The notes under the pieces were generated by a model that worked only from the letters and a program-made list of their open reading frames with translations, was not told where the DNA came from and searched no databases. A stretch of DNA of 64,000 bases from NCBI GenBank assembly GCA_040755995.1, contig JBFMAF010000036.1, forward strand, positions 1-64,000. The letters run 5' to 3'. The translations under genes were made by a program, and so were the position numbers. This stretch comes from Acidobacteriota bacterium (GTDB lineage: Bacteria > Acidobacteriota > CAIWXX01). This document shows, piece by piece, positions 10,957-22,817 of the stretch; position 1 is the first letter of the stretch; each line of letters starts with the position of its first letter.

Positions 10957-11538
10957 CTAGCGATAGTTCTTCAACAGCTGATCGAGGGCTGTTCGCTGAC
11001 GCCTCCGCGTCTCCTGGTTGTGAAGCAACTTGTAGTAAAGGTGAAAGCCGAGCAGCAGGGAATAGAGGTCGAATGCGAATTGGTCGCAGTCGACGTCAGG
11101 CCGGAAATCACCGACTTTGATGGCCGATTGGGCCATGCGCCGCAATGAGTCCAGCCAGGACTCCTGCTGGATCAAAAGGGCGTCGCGCACCTTCCCGGGG
11201 CGGTCCTTGAAGTCCGCGCTGGCGGCCACAAATATACAGCCGCCGGCCAGCTGGCCCGTCCAGCGGTTCCAGTTGTCCACCAGGGCCCTGATGCGGTCGA
11301 TCCCGGCCTTTTTCTTCAGCGCGGGGGCCACGACGTTTCTGGAGAAAAGATCAGCCGCGTACTCGAGCAGTTCGATCTGCAGCTTCTCCTTGGATTGAAA
11401 ATGAGCAAACAGCCCGCTCTTGGACATCTCGGCCGCCTTGGCCAGCTCGCCGATGCTCACGGCCTCCAGCCCCAGCCGGCTGGCCATATCCAGGCCAATC
11501 TGGAGAATACCGAGTTTGGTGTCTGTTCCTTTGGTCAC
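10957..11538 (-). CDS. TetR/AcrR-family regulator
   Basis: HTH SIGELAKAAEMSKSGLFAHFQSKE; GGCIF. Confidence 0.93.
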   Translation of the reverse strand: MTKGTDTKLGILQIGLDMASRLGLEAVSIGELAKAAEMSKSGLFAHFQSKEKLQIELLEYAADLFSRNVVAPALKKKAGIDRIRALVDNWNRWTGQLAGGCIFVAASADFKDRPGKVRDALLIQQESWLDSLRRMAQSAIKVGDFRPDVDCDQFAFDLYSLLLGFHLYYKLLHNQETRRRQRTALDQLLKNYR

Positions 11539-11544
11539 ACATCA

Positions 11545-11573
11545 ATAATAGTACGACCGTTCGTGTTTGTCAA
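11545..11573 (-). promoter_or_regulatory. Sigma70 promoter of tetR with a palindromic operator in the spacer
   Basis: TTGACA-17-TATTAT; spacer contains ACGAACGGTCGT. Confidence 0.8.
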
Positions 11574-11719
11574 GTCGCATTCTGCAGACAGGCTGTGCCA
11601 GCTGTCGACTCTTTGCCCCACGCCCCGAGCTCGGCGCCATGGCGCCGTGGCCTCCCCGGGAGGCGGACGATCGCCCGCGCTGGAGCGTCAGCCGCCCCGC
11701 AGCTCCCGGCCCGCGCCCC

Positions 11720-11810
11720 GCCCGTCGCCCGATCATGTTGATGGCACATCGCGGAGCGAAGAAGTTCGCCCCCGAGAACACGCTTCCCGCGATAGAGAAG
11801 GCGATCGTAT
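11720..11810 (+). pseudogene. Glycerophosphodiester phosphodiesterase N-terminal fragment
   Basis: MAHRGAKKFAPENTLPAIEKAI signature, then frame degenerates. Confidence 0.75.
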
Positions 11811-11991
11811 CACAGGCACTCCCAACGACGCCTCCCTGACGTTCGCCAAGGATTCATCCGACAGGCCTGAGTTGTGAGGCGCGTGCCAGCAGACCCTATG
11901 CACAGCCCAGGGTCAGGACGAGGCCGGCCGGTGACCCGTTGCCAGGCTGGGTCGAGATCCACGGGTTTTCCCGCGTTTGCCGCTATTGATC

Positions 11992-14900
11992 CTACTGATC
12001 GGTGATCAGCAGGCGCGCCGTCACCGGACCGCCCGAGGGCGCGTCGTCACTCAAGACGATTGTGCTGCCGATGCCGTAGTTCTCGCTGGCGCTCAGTGTT
12101 ACCGACATCTGGCCCAGCAGGTCATTGTCGTCGCCGAGGTCGGGCTCGTCCTTGTCCCACGCACCGAGCTCGATGTAGAGGTAAGGCCCCAGCCTGTCGC
12201 TCTCGAAGATCGTCTTGTTCAACGTGACTCGGCGGCCGTCGTGGGTGTCCCCGAGGGAAATGGTCTGCATCTCACACGGGGAGATCGATTCGCCAGGCCG
12301 GGCGGGGTCGGGTCTGGGAGCCGGCCGATCGCAGACGCGCGTGAACACTCTTACCTCTCCGTCTCCCCAATCACCGCTCTCCGCCACGTGGACATCCTGG
12401 AGAACGACCTTCACCTTGCGAGTCAGCGGCGGCGTCTTCTGCCGACTCAACCCGAGCTCGACCCGGACGTTCCCCTCTCCGTCGCTGGTCGGTTGAGCGC
12501 TGCTCACGAGACGGTCGAGCTCGGCGCGCTCGATCTCCCGAGTCCACCTTCCCAGCTTCTCGACCTTCTCCGCTTCGGCCTGCGCAAGCATGCTGTCAAT
12601 CAGCTCGCCCGCCGCCTGGATCGCCGCCGCCAGCTCCACCTGCCCGAAGGCGGTGGCTACGAGCGAGCCCAGCTTCGTGAAGAGCGTCGTGAGGTCGCGG
12701 ATGATGGCCGGCATGACGTCGTTGTCCATGCCCGCCAATCCCAGGTAGATCTTGTCCTGGATCTGCGCGGGAAGGAACGCGAATAGAGGTGCGTTCACGC
12801 TGATCGTCGTGCCGCCATTGGCCTCGTACCACGAGTACTCCGAGTCGCTCTGCAGCGGCCACATGAGCCCCTGTGGGCGATCCTTCTCCCTCTTTCCAGG
12901 TTTGGCGCCGGCGACGAAGAACACCTCGTCCAGGCCCCAGGGATCCTCGTCATCGAAGAAGGTCACGCTTCGAATCTCGCCGACGTAGTAGGGCGGTGTC
13001 AGGTCGGCCACCAGGATCTGCTCGTCCCCTCCGAGGTGTGCGGGCGTTCCCGCGACATTCGAGAAGGACAGCTCCGCGAGCATCGCCCGCTGCGCCGCAT
13101 CCATCTGGTCGCTTCCAGCCGGACCCTCCACGTCCACCGTCACATCCGGCTTCCAGCCGCTCGTCTGGTACTCGTAGAACAGTACCTCGCCTCCGGCATC
13201 CGTCGTTCCGCTGCGCACCACGGCCTCGCCCGCGTTCGTCTTCCCATGCACGCTGACCCGGGCCCGCGGCAGCGGCCGATCGGCGTAGATGGCCTGGACG
13301 GTCAGCACCGGCGTCGAGAAGTACTCGAGGTGAAACCGATCGGTGGTGATCCAATGTTCGATCCATCCGGCGCCTCCGGACGTCAGCGGCGGCGGAACGG
13401 CCTCGGCGAGCGACAGGTTCACGAGGTCTCCGGGCGCCACGGCGCTCGTGAGCCCGCTGCGCTCCCGCTTCTCGGAATTGAGCCCGCTCAGGAAGCTCCG
13501 GCACGCAGCGTCGCTCCTGAGCTTGAGGTTGAACCCGGTATGGCCGTTGATCGGCTGGAACGTGTTGGACCTGCGCAGCGACACGATCGGCTTCACGTTG
13601 ATGCAGAACTCGCCGTCCCGGACAACGCTGCCGTCCTGATAGACCCACGATCTGCAACAGGTGCCGCAATCGAGGCATGTGATGGTGCCGAAGAGGGTCG
13701 AGTGCCAGTTGAGCTTCAGCGGCCGTTCGAGCTGAAAGAACGTGAGGTCCAGGATGCTCGCGTCCTGCTTCTGCGTATTGAGCTTCGCGAGCGCGGCTGG
13801 GTCGGCGTCCGCCAGCACACAGCGGAGCTGGCTCGATGTGAACGTCCGCCAGCCGTCGTAGCTGAGCTGCCAGTCGAATCGCCCGCGGCCGCGTTCGAGA
13901 AGGTTCGACGTGTCGGTACCGCGAGGGCCGGGGCCTCCGGAGGCGACTCGATTCAGGATTCCACGGTCGGGCGCCGGTGCCTTCGTCGAAGGATCGATCG
14001 GCATGAACATGAGACGAGCGCTGGTGTGGGAGTTGAAGTTGTAGAGCCCGGAGAGGCCGATCCTGTTGATCCCCGTGCGCCCGAACCCCGTGATGGCCAG
14101 AGCGTCTGCGGGCCAGGTGTAGGCGCAGGGCATAACGCGCTCGGCCAGTATGTCCCCGCGGAGATTGAGGAGGCGCACCCGGAGCTCGGCGGAGGTCCGG
14201 TCGTGCTCTCCCGCGAAGGAGAGGTGCAGCGTGCCGTTCAGCAGTCCGCCTGCGGCGGAGCAGGCAGTCGCCTTCAGCGGCTCGCCGCGCATCGGCAGGG
14301 GCGCCCCTTGAGCATCGAGCACGTCGGCTGCGATCCGCGCGACCTCGCCCGCCTTCGGGCTCCAGCAATAGCTCACATCGAGGTCCACGGCGTTCGCGAG
14401 CCCCGCCGGCTTCAGCCGGACGCTCTTGATGACATCCGCCGGCACCCAAGTCCGCTGCAGCGGCGCACGCACGATGTCCTCCGTCAAGAATAGCTGCAGC
14501 TCGGGCCGCGTCTTTCCGTCCGCGGGATCTTTGGCAGAGTCGTCACCGAGCTTGAGCAGCTCCAGTCGCAGTCTGTCGCTCTCCGCGCTGAACCAGCCCA
14601 CGTGCTTCAGTGTGAGCTCCACCATCCCCTCCGCGCCCTTGGTCCGGTCGATCACGGCGGGCGCGCCGAAGAACCAGGGCAAGCGGCGGCCTTCGGCGTC
14701 GAGGAGCGACATGCGCAGGAGCACGCGTGGGCCGTTCTGCGAGTAGTAGCCGTAGGAAACGGAGACGGTCAATGTGCGCTCGTCGAGGACCAGCCGTCCT
14801 GCGCTGAGAGTGTCTTCCTTCTCCTGCCGCTCTGGAAGCGTGACCTCGACGAGATTGCTGCGCAGCGATTCGCCCTGTGCATCGAATGCCTTCACCGAAT

Positions 14901-15192
14901 ATGTGACGCGCTCGCCGCGCGGTGGGCTCACCTCGGCCTCGTGCACATTCGGACCCGGGCTCACCTCCAGCACATCGCCCCGGTACACCCGGAACCCAGC
15001 CTCGTTGCTCGAGTTGTCGCTCCACTGCAGCTTCACCTTGCCCAGTCGGCAGGAGACAACTTCCAGATCGCTCGGCCGCGTCAGACGTTGAGAGGCACCG
15101 GCCGAGCCGGGGCTGACTCCGGGAGCAGCCCACACGGCGGCTGCGAGCAGGCACGACAGGGCGGAGGGCAGCGCGATCGTGGCGAGTTTCAT
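11992..15192 (-). CDS. Large secreted multidomain protein (FN3-like + three beta-sandwich repeats + acidic C-terminal domains)
   Basis: Signal peptide, LQWSDNSSNEAGFRVYR FN3-like motif, internal repeats, RBS GAGGAG. Confidence 0.8.
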   Translation of the reverse strand: MKLATIALPSALSCLLAAAVWAAPGVSPGSAGASQRLTRPSDLEVVSCRLGKVKLQWSDNSSNEAGFRVYRGDVLEVSPGPNVHEAEVSPPRGERVTYSVKAFDAQGESLRSNLVEVTLPERQEKEDTLSAGRLVLDERTLTVSVSYGYYSQNGPRVLLRMSLLDAEGRRLPWFFGAPAVIDRTKGAEGMVELTLKHVGWFSAESDRLRLELLKLGDDSAKDPADGKTRPELQLFLTEDIVRAPLQRTWVPADVIKSVRLKPAGLANAVDLDVSYCWSPKAGEVARIAADVLDAQGAPLPMRGEPLKATACSAAGGLLNGTLHLSFAGEHDRTSAELRVRLLNLRGDILAERVMPCAYTWPADALAITGFGRTGINRIGLSGLYNFNSHTSARLMFMPIDPSTKAPAPDRGILNRVASGGPGPRGTDTSNLLERGRGRFDWQLSYDGWRTFTSSQLRCVLADADPAALAKLNTQKQDASILDLTFFQLERPLKLNWHSTLFGTITCLDCGTCCRSWVYQDGSVVRDGEFCINVKPIVSLRRSNTFQPINGHTGFNLKLRSDAACRSFLSGLNSEKRERSGLTSAVAPGDLVNLSLAEAVPPPLTSGGAGWIEHWITTDRFHLEYFSTPVLTVQAIYADRPLPRARVSVHGKTNAGEAVVRSGTTDAGGEVLFYEYQTSGWKPDVTVDVEGPAGSDQMDAAQRAMLAELSFSNVAGTPAHLGGDEQILVADLTPPYYVGEIRSVTFFDDEDPWGLDEVFFVAGAKPGKREKDRPQGLMWPLQSDSEYSWYEANGGTTISVNAPLFAFLPAQIQDKIYLGLAGMDNDVMPAIIRDLTTLFTKLGSLVATAFGQVELAAAIQAAGELIDSMLAQAEAEKVEKLGRWTREIERAELDRLVSSAQPTSDGEGNVRVELGLSRQKTPPLTRKVKVVLQDVHVAESGDWGDGEVRVFTRVCDRPAPRPDPARPGESISPCEMQTISLGDTHDGRRVTLNKTIFESDRLGPYLYIELGAWDKDEPDLGDDNDLLGQMSVTLSASENYGIGSTIVLSDDAPSGGPVTARLLITDQ

Positions 15193-15432
15193 GGCGAATT
15201 CTCCTCTGGCCCGGAATGGGCGAATCGGACACTTGACCTGGACGGCATGTCTGGCTTCACCCTAACGCTTGGGCGGTCCCGAGGCAAGGAAAAAACACGA
15301 CACGCTGGCGGTCCTTCTTGCATTCGAGGTCGCCGGAGCCTTCGTGTCCATTGCTCTCAGCCGGACCTGGCAGGACTGCGGCCGGCGGTCGGCGCCGACC
15401 GTGCCGGGCCATCGCCAGTCTGCCCTCCGTCG

Positions 15433-15465
15433 AATCTTGACAAAAGAGTACAGATTGATTAGATT
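15433..15465 (+). promoter_or_regulatory. suf operon sigma70 promoter with overlapping imperfect palindrome
   Basis: TTGACA 15437-15442, 17 bp, TAGATT 15460-15465; AATCT...AGATT dyad. Confidence 0.75.
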
Positions 15466-15502
15466 ATCATAGAGACTGAAGAGGTGAGAGTGAGGAGGCG
15501 CT

Positions 15503-16948
<1,446 letters not shown>

Positions 16949-17057
16949 GGCTGATGTCGGGTCGGGCCAAGGTACGAAGGCCCCGGGAGCCCGGTGGGGC
17001 CCGGAGGTAACTCCCTCCAGGAAGATCGGAATTGTCGGATTCATAAAGGATTCTATC

Positions 17058-17825
17058 ATGCTCGAGATTCGCGACTTGTACGTTTCGGTCGAGTCCGGCG
17101 CGCAGATACTCAATGGAATAGACCTCAAGGTGAGCGCCGGAGAGGTACACGCCATCATGGGTCCAAACGGATCTGGGAAGAGCACGCTGGCCAACGTGCT
17201 CGCCGGCCGGGAGGGCTACACCGTCACCGCAGGCGAAGTCATCTACGATGGGAAGAACCTCCTCGACATGCCCCCCGAGGACCGGGCGCGCGAGGGGCTG
17301 TTTCTGGCGTTCCAGTACCCGGTGGAGATACCCGGTGTGAGCAACACCTACTTCCTTCGCACGGCGCTGAACGAGCTGCGGAAGCACCGGGGCTTGGAGG
17401 AGCTCGATGCGGCGGACTTCTTGGTGCTCGTGAGGGAGAAGACAAGGATCCTCGAAATGGACCAGGACCTGCTCACGCGCCCCGTCAACGTCGGGTTCTC
17501 CGGCGGCGAGAAGAAGCGCAACGAGATATTGCAGATGGCCGTCCTGGAGCCCAGGCTGGCAGTTCTGGATGAGACCGACTCCGGGCTGGATATCGATGCT
17601 TTGAAGATCGTGGCCAACGGCGTCAATCGCTTGCGGTCCGACAAGAACGCGACAATCGTGGTGACGCACCACCAGCGCTTCCTGCACCACATCGTACCCG
17701 ACCAGGTGCACGTATTGGTCGACGGGCGAATAGTGATGTCGGGCGGCAAACAGCTGGCGCTGGAGCTGGAGGAGCGCGGATACGATTGGATCGTTTCCGG
17801 CACCGAGCACCGGGCACATCAATGA
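17058..17825 (+). CDS. sufC: Fe-S cluster assembly ATPase SufC
   Basis: GPNGSGKST, AFQYPVEIPGV, GFSGGEKKRNE, DETDSGLDIDA. Confidence 0.98.
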   Translation: MLEIRDLYVSVESGAQILNGIDLKVSAGEVHAIMGPNGSGKSTLANVLAGREGYTVTAGEVIYDGKNLLDMPPEDRAREGLFLAFQYPVEIPGVSNTYFLRTALNELRKHRGLEELDAADFLVLVREKTRILEMDQDLLTRPVNVGFSGGEKKRNEILQMAVLEPRLAVLDETDSGLDIDALKIVANGVNRLRSDKNATIVVTHHQRFLHHIVPDQVHVLVDGRIVMSGGKQLALELEERGYDWIVSGTEHRAHQ

Positions 17826-19141
17826 CTACCCCGATCGAGACCGCAACCTGGCCGCTCGGCAACTTCGAGCTTCTGGAGAAAAACCTCCGCGCGAAGGTAG
17901 CTTCGCGGGCGCACAAGGTCCGGATGGCGGCCGTCTCCGACCTGAGACGTACGGGCTTTCCTTCGCAGCGGGACGAGGACTGGAAGTATACAAGCGTCGC
18001 CCCGATCCTCGAGAGGCGCTTCGCGCCCGTGCTGGGTCGCGATTCCCGAGGGCTCACCCAAGACGATCTGTTTCCGTTTGTCTTCGACCAACACGACTGG
18101 ATGCGGATGGTGTTCGTGAACGGGCACTGGAGCCCCGAGCTGTCCTCGACCGGTGCCGCAGTCGACGGGATTCGACTTCAGGATCTGGCTCGGGTCCTGG
18201 AGGACGAGTTCGGATCTGTTGAATCCCTGCTGAGCGCGTCCGGCCGCGACGCCTTTGGCCTGCTGAATACCGCGTTTCTGCTCGACGGGGCCTACATCTA
18301 CGTGCCTGACGGCCTGCGCCTGCCGGCTCCGATCCACCTGCTCTTCCTCGCGCGCGGCGAATCGCTGGTGCAGCAGCCGCGCAATCTGGTGGTAGTGGGC
18401 AAGGGCAGCTCGGTGACGATCCTCGAGAGCTACGTCGGAGCGCGGGCGAACGACTACTTCACGAATTCTGTCACCGAGATCATCGCGGCGGAAGGGTCCG
18501 AAGTCGATCACATGAGGATTCAGGAAGACGGCGATTCGGCCTTCCACATCGGCGCGACGCGTGTTCGGCAGGGCATGAACAGCCGCTACAGATCCACATC
18601 GGTTTCGCTCGGCGCGGCTCTCACGCGCAACAATCTCGACGTGACGCTCGATGCCGAGGGGGCGGCGTGCACGCTTAACGGGCTCTATCTGACCGCCGGC
18701 AGCCAACACGTGGACAACCACACCGGCATCGACCACGCCAGCCCCCGCTGCAACAGCCAGCAGCTCTACAAGGGCATCCTGGACGGCAGCTCCCGCGGCG
18801 TATTCAACGGCAAGGTCGTGGTGCGGCAGGACTCGCAGAAGACCGACGCCCATCAGTTGAACAGCAACCTGCTGCTTTCGGACCAGGCCGCCGTCGACAC
18901 CAAGCCTCAGCTCGAGATCTTCGCCGACGACGTCAAGTGCACGCACGGCGCCGCGATCGGCCGGCTCGATTCTGAAGCGATCTACTACCTCCGCACGCGC
19001 GGCCTCGGAGTCGCCAAGGCCCGCGCGGTGCTTACATACGCCTTCGCAAGCGAGGTGATCGAGGGGATCACGGTCGAGCCCATTCGGGAGTACCTCGACC
19101 GAATTCTTCTTGCGCGATTGGAAAGAGGAGGGACCCGATGA
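17822..19141 (+). CDS. sufD: Fe-S cluster assembly protein SufD
   Basis: [30 protein letters not shown]; start probably ATG 17822. Confidence 0.96.
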   Translation: MTTPIETATWPLGNFELLEKNLRAKVASRAHKVRMAAVSDLRRTGFPSQRDEDWKYTSVAPILERRFAPVLGRDSRGLTQDDLFPFVFDQHDWMRMVFVNGHWSPELSSTGAAVDGIRLQDLARVLEDEFGSVESLLSASGRDAFGLLNTAFLLDGAYIYVPDGLRLPAPIHLLFLARGESLVQQPRNLVVVGKGSSVTILESYVGARANDYFTNSVTEIIAAEGSEVDHMRIQEDGDSAFHIGATRVRQGMNSRYRSTSVSLGAALTRNNLDVTLDAEGAACTLNGLYLTAGSQHVDNHTGIDHASPRCNSQQLYKGILDGSSRGVFNGKVVVRQDSQKTDAHQLNSNLLLSDQAAVDTKPQLEIFADDVKCTHGAAIGRLDSEAIYYLRTRGLGVAKARAVLTYAFASEVIEGITVEPIREYLDRILLARLERGGTR

Positions 19142-20406
19142 TATCCCGCTGCGCCGTGACCGCCGAGTGTGCGCTCAGAAAGCTGGGGCCGTTCGATGTG
19201 GACAGGGTCAGGGATGATTTCCCGATACTGAAACAGAAGGTGCGCGGCAAGCCGCTCGTCTACCTCGACAACGCCGCAACGAGCCAGAAGCCTCAGTCGG
19301 TCATCGACGCGCTAGTTCGATACTACGCCGCCGAGAATGCCAACATCCATCGCGGCGTTCACTATCTCAGCGAGCACGCTACGCAGGCCTACGAGGGCGC
19401 GCGGTCCAGGGTGCGGGCGTTCCTCAATGCGGCCGAAGACAGCGAGATCATCTTTGTGCGCGGCGCAACCGAGGGAGTAAACCTGGTCGCATGCAGCTTC
19501 GGCCGCGCGCGCATCAAGGCCGGCGACGAGATCGTGGTCTCGGCGATGGAGCACCACTCCAATATCGTCCCGTGGCAGATGTTGTGCGAACAGGCCGGCG
19601 CCTTCCTGAGGGTGATCCCGATGAACGACAACGGCGAGCTGCTGCTCGACGAGTACGAGAAGCTGCTGACTCCCCGCACGAAGCTGGTCGCCGTGACCCA
19701 CGTCTCGAATGCCCTGGGCACGATCAACCCGGTCAAGCGCATCGTCGAAATGGCCCACTCGAGAGGCGTCACTGTGCTTGTGGACGGGGCGCAGGCGGTG
19801 CCGCACATGAAGGTGGACGTCCGCGAGCTGGGCTGTGACTTCTACGTTCTGTCGGGTCACAAGATGTTCGCTCCGACCGGCGTCGGCGTGCTTTACGGCA
19901 AGGCGGATCTGCTCGAATCCATGCCGCCGTTTCACGGGGGCGGCGACATGATCCGGTCGGTGAGCTTCGAAAAGACCACCTACAACGTCATCCCGTACAA
20001 GTTCGAGGCCGGGACGCCGAACATCGCCGGAGGCATCGCGCTCGTTGCCGCGATCGAATACATCGAAAAGATAGGGATACAGAACATCGCGGCCTACGAG
20101 CACGTCCTGCTGGAACAGGGAACACGCGAGCTCGCCGGAATCAAGGGGCTGCGCCTGATTGGGACGGCGCGCGAGAAGGCCGCGGTCCTTTCCTTCGTCA
20201 TGGACGGCGTGCACCCGCACGACATCGGGACCATTCTGGACAGCGAGGGCGTGGCAATCCGCACCGGCCACCACTGCGCGCAGCCCGTCATGACGCGTTT
20301 TGGCGTGCCGGCTACTGCACGCGCCTCGTTCGCGTTCTATAATACGATTGAGGAGATTGACATCCTCGCCAGGGCGATTCACAAAGTCAGGGAGGTCTTC
20401 AAGTAA
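19138..20406 (+). CDS. sufS: Cysteine desulfurase SufS
   Basis: [16 protein letters not shown] (PLP Lys), RTGHHCAQP. Confidence 0.97.
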   Translation: MISRCAVTAECALRKLGPFDVDRVRDDFPILKQKVRGKPLVYLDNAATSQKPQSVIDALVRYYAAENANIHRGVHYLSEHATQAYEGARSRVRAFLNAAEDSEIIFVRGATEGVNLVACSFGRARIKAGDEIVVSAMEHHSNIVPWQMLCEQAGAFLRVIPMNDNGELLLDEYEKLLTPRTKLVAVTHVSNALGTINPVKRIVEMAHSRGVTVLVDGAQAVPHMKVDVRELGCDFYVLSGHKMFAPTGVGVLYGKADLLESMPPFHGGGDMIRSVSFEKTTYNVIPYKFEAGTPNIAGGIALVAAIEYIEKIGIQNIAAYEHVLLEQGTRELAGIKGLRLIGTAREKAAVLSFVMDGVHPHDIGTILDSEGVAIRTGHHCAQPVMTRFGVPATARASFAFYNTIEEIDILARAIHKVREVFK

Positions 20407-20858
20407 TGTCGGATCTCACCGACCTCTATCAGGAAATCATCCTCGACCACAACAAGCGGCCACGCAACTACGGCAAGCCCGAGGGGGCCAACCGCCTGGC
20501 GGAGGGCCACAATCCCCTGTGCGGCGACCACTTCACCGTCTACCTCAACGTGGAGGACGGCCTCATCCGCGACGTCGGATTCCAGGGATCGGGCTGCGCC
20601 ATATCCAAGGCCTCTTCCTCTCTAATGAGCTCGATCTTGAAAGGGAAGACGGTTGCGGAGGCCGAGGCGCTGTTCGAGAGGTTCCTCGAAATGGTGAAGG
20701 GCCGGCTGCACTCGCCCGACCAGATCGAGAAACTGGGCAAGCTGGCAGCTCTGTCCGGCGTGTGCGACTACCCGGCCCGCGTGAAGTGCGCCACGCTGGC
20801 ATGGCACGCGATGCAGGCGGCTCTTAAGGGCGAAGGCGAGAAGGTCACGACGGAATAG
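20406..20858 (+). CDS. sufU: SufU sulfur-transfer protein
   Basis: LYQEIILDH, NPLCGD, GCAISKAS, RVKCATL. Confidence 0.96.
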   Translation: MSDLTDLYQEIILDHNKRPRNYGKPEGANRLAEGHNPLCGDHFTVYLNVEDGLIRDVGFQGSGCAISKASSSLMSSILKGKTVAEAEALFERFLEMVKGRLHSPDQIEKLGKLAALSGVCDYPARVKCATLAWHAMQAALKGEGEKVTTE

Positions 20859-20898
20859 ACGGGCGGATGCGCCGGCAGGCAGCAGGGGAACAGGCGTC

Positions 20899-21219
20899 AT
20901 GAACGATGGGCAGAAGGGTCCGAAAGAAGAGAAGATTGTGGAGGTCCTGCGGACCTGCTTCGACCCCGAGATCCCGGTGAACATCTACGACATGGGGCTC
21001 GTCTACGAGATCGAGCTCGACGAGACCGGCGGTGTCCTGGTGAGGATGACCCTCACTTCTCCCAACTGCCCGGTCGCCGCGTCGCTGCCGTTCGACATCA
21101 AGCAGAAGATCAAGGAGATCCCGGGCGTCACCTCGGTTCACGTGGATCTGGTGTGGGACCCGCCCTGGAGTCCGGACATGATGACCGAGGCCGCGAAGCT
21201 GGAGCTCGGGATGCTGTAG
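20899..21219 (+). CDS. sufT: DUF59/SufT-like Fe-S assembly protein
   Basis: DPEIPVNIYDMGLVY, MTLTSPNCP, WDPPW. Confidence 0.9.
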   Translation: MNDGQKGPKEEKIVEVLRTCFDPEIPVNIYDMGLVYEIELDETGGVLVRMTLTSPNCPVAASLPFDIKQKIKEIPGVTSVHVDLVWDPPWSPDMMTEAAKLELGML

Positions 21220-21225
21220 CTGAAC

Positions 21226-21308
21226 TATGAAGTGTGAAATTCCGGATCTCAAATCTGAAGTCGAGAATTTCAGATCAATCTGAAATCTGCAATCTGAGGT
21301 CTGAAGTC
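21226..21308. repeat. Degenerate heptamer tandem repeats (AATCTGA-like)
   Basis: aatctga aatctgc aatctga ggtctga agtct between convergent genes. Confidence 0.7.
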
Positions 21309-21761
21309 TCACTCCTTCAGCTCGGCGTGGGGAAACACGTAGGCGAGCGTGCCCTTCTCCTCGATCTCGGTGTCGACCATAGTTGGGTGACGGCGGGTCA
21401 TCTCTCGCATGAGCTCCTCGGCTTGCGAGAGCGGGATGTCCAGGGAAACGACGACATCGTTCAGGTAGAGTCTCCCGCCTTTCGACAGCCCGAGCGACAA
21501 GATCCGCTTGAATGTCTCTTCGAGCTCCAGTTCTCTTCGCCTTGCCGCGGACCGGCGCCAGTAATAGAGCATGAAGCCGCCGAGGCCCCAGGTCACGATC
21601 AACGCGGCGCCGATAAGGATCCAGGCGGCCGACTCGGGCTCACGAGTCAGCGCATAGCCGCCGGCCAGTACGAGTCCCGCGAGGAACAGCAGGGCCGCGC
21701 ATCCCAACTTCACCCCTTCAAGAAAGCTGCCGGTCGTTGTTGGAGACTTCCCTTCCGTCAT
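21309..21761 (-). CDS. Hypothetical membrane protein (2 TM + winged-helix-like C-terminus)
   Basis: Two hydrophobic segments, then LSKGGRLYLNDVVVSLDIPLSQAEELM...YVFP. Confidence 0.65.
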   Translation of the reverse strand: MTEGKSPTTTGSFLEGVKLGCAALLFLAGLVLAGGYALTREPESAAWILIGAALIVTWGLGGFMLYYWRRSAARRRELELEETFKRILSLGLSKGGRLYLNDVVVSLDIPLSQAEELMREMTRRHPTMVDTEIEEKGTLAYVFPHAELKE

Positions 21762-21921
21762 GCAAACCCCTCTCTTGTGCACTACATCCTAGCAGAAGGC
21801 GCCGGTCGCACGGCCGCAGAGCGACCGGCAGCCGGGGATGGACTGGCGCGTGTACGGCACGGCGTCGTGATCCGACAGTCCTCCCCCTCGCATCGGAATC
21901 ACCAGCGGCGTCCGCCCTGCG

Positions 21922-22671
21922 CTATTCGCCTCCGCTGCAGCCGTCGATCACGATCACGGTTCGCGTCCCGGAGTCGCTGGGCGCCGGTTCGCCCTCGTCT
22001 TCCATCGCCTCGGAGCCGGTGCTTGCTGTCCAGGTACCGTTCTGCGTCAGGTAGCCGCACCATGGGTTGAGGTAGAAGTTGGTGAACTTGTACGTGCCGC
22101 GCGCGGACGTTGTGGAGACGAATTGACCTGTGAAAGCGTACGTTGATCCTGTCGAACCGAACTTGTTGTTTGCGATGGTGCCAGGACCGAACGTGGTGAT
22201 TTCGATGGTTCCCGTGCAGCCGCCCACCCTGAAGCCGGTCTTCAGCTTGAAGGTCCTCCACTGGGTCCCCCCGGAGACGACGTCGAACGAGACGGGTTGG
22301 CTCGTGCTGGTCTTGCCTGACCAGTGTCCCGTCTGGGGCGCCCACGTGCAGTAGATCTTGACGAGCGTCGCCGTGTTCACCTTGACCACCAGCACTCCAG
22401 TCGTCGTCTTCGCGACAGCGCGTTGGTTCGCTTTCAGGGTGAGGTTCGTGTTCACCGCCGGCTCTTCGTCTCCCGGTCCCGTGGGTTCGGCGATCCCGGC
22501 GCTGCATTGGATCTTGACCTGCTTCGCGGTGCTGCTCGTGATGGAAAGCACTCCGCCGTCAGGCTTCACCGTGAGCCAATCTCCGGGGTTCATCGTGACG
22601 GTCGTCGCCGCCGAAAGCGGCATGGATGCCGCCAAGACCAGCAGCGGCAGCAGCGATGTCCAACGTTTCAT
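21922..22671 (-). CDS. Secreted hypothetical protein
   Basis: RBS AAGGAGG, MKRWTSLL signal peptide, duplicated ~35-aa N-terminal unit, beta-rich C-terminal domain. Confidence 0.75.
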   Translation of the reverse strand: MKRWTSLLPLLVLAASMPLSAATTVTMNPGDWLTVKPDGGVLSITSSTAKQVKIQCSAGIAEPTGPGDEEPAVNTNLTLKANQRAVAKTTTGVLVVKVNTATLVKIYCTWAPQTGHWSGKTSTSQPVSFDVVSGGTQWRTFKLKTGFRVGGCTGTIEITTFGPGTIANNKFGSTGSTYAFTGQFVSTTSARGTYKFTNFYLNPWCGYLTQNGTWTASTGSEAMEDEGEPAPSDSGTRTVIVIDGCSGGE

Positions 22672-22817
22672 GGCATGCCTCCTTGTGTCCAGCCGATGAT
22701 CGATGATTCGGTGCCGCTCAGCATTGACCTGCTCGGCCTGGACCAGTGTAGTCCTTTTTGACGGGCCCTTCAAGAACGAACGGTTCACTGGATCACCTCG
22801 GCACAGGAGGCAGAGGC

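Noticed and set aside
12950..14493. Long alternative-frame ORFs (also 32331-33935, 52728-54197, 54994-56196, 56962-58239)
   Set aside because: Antisense or shifted-frame shadows of real high-GC genes; no motifs
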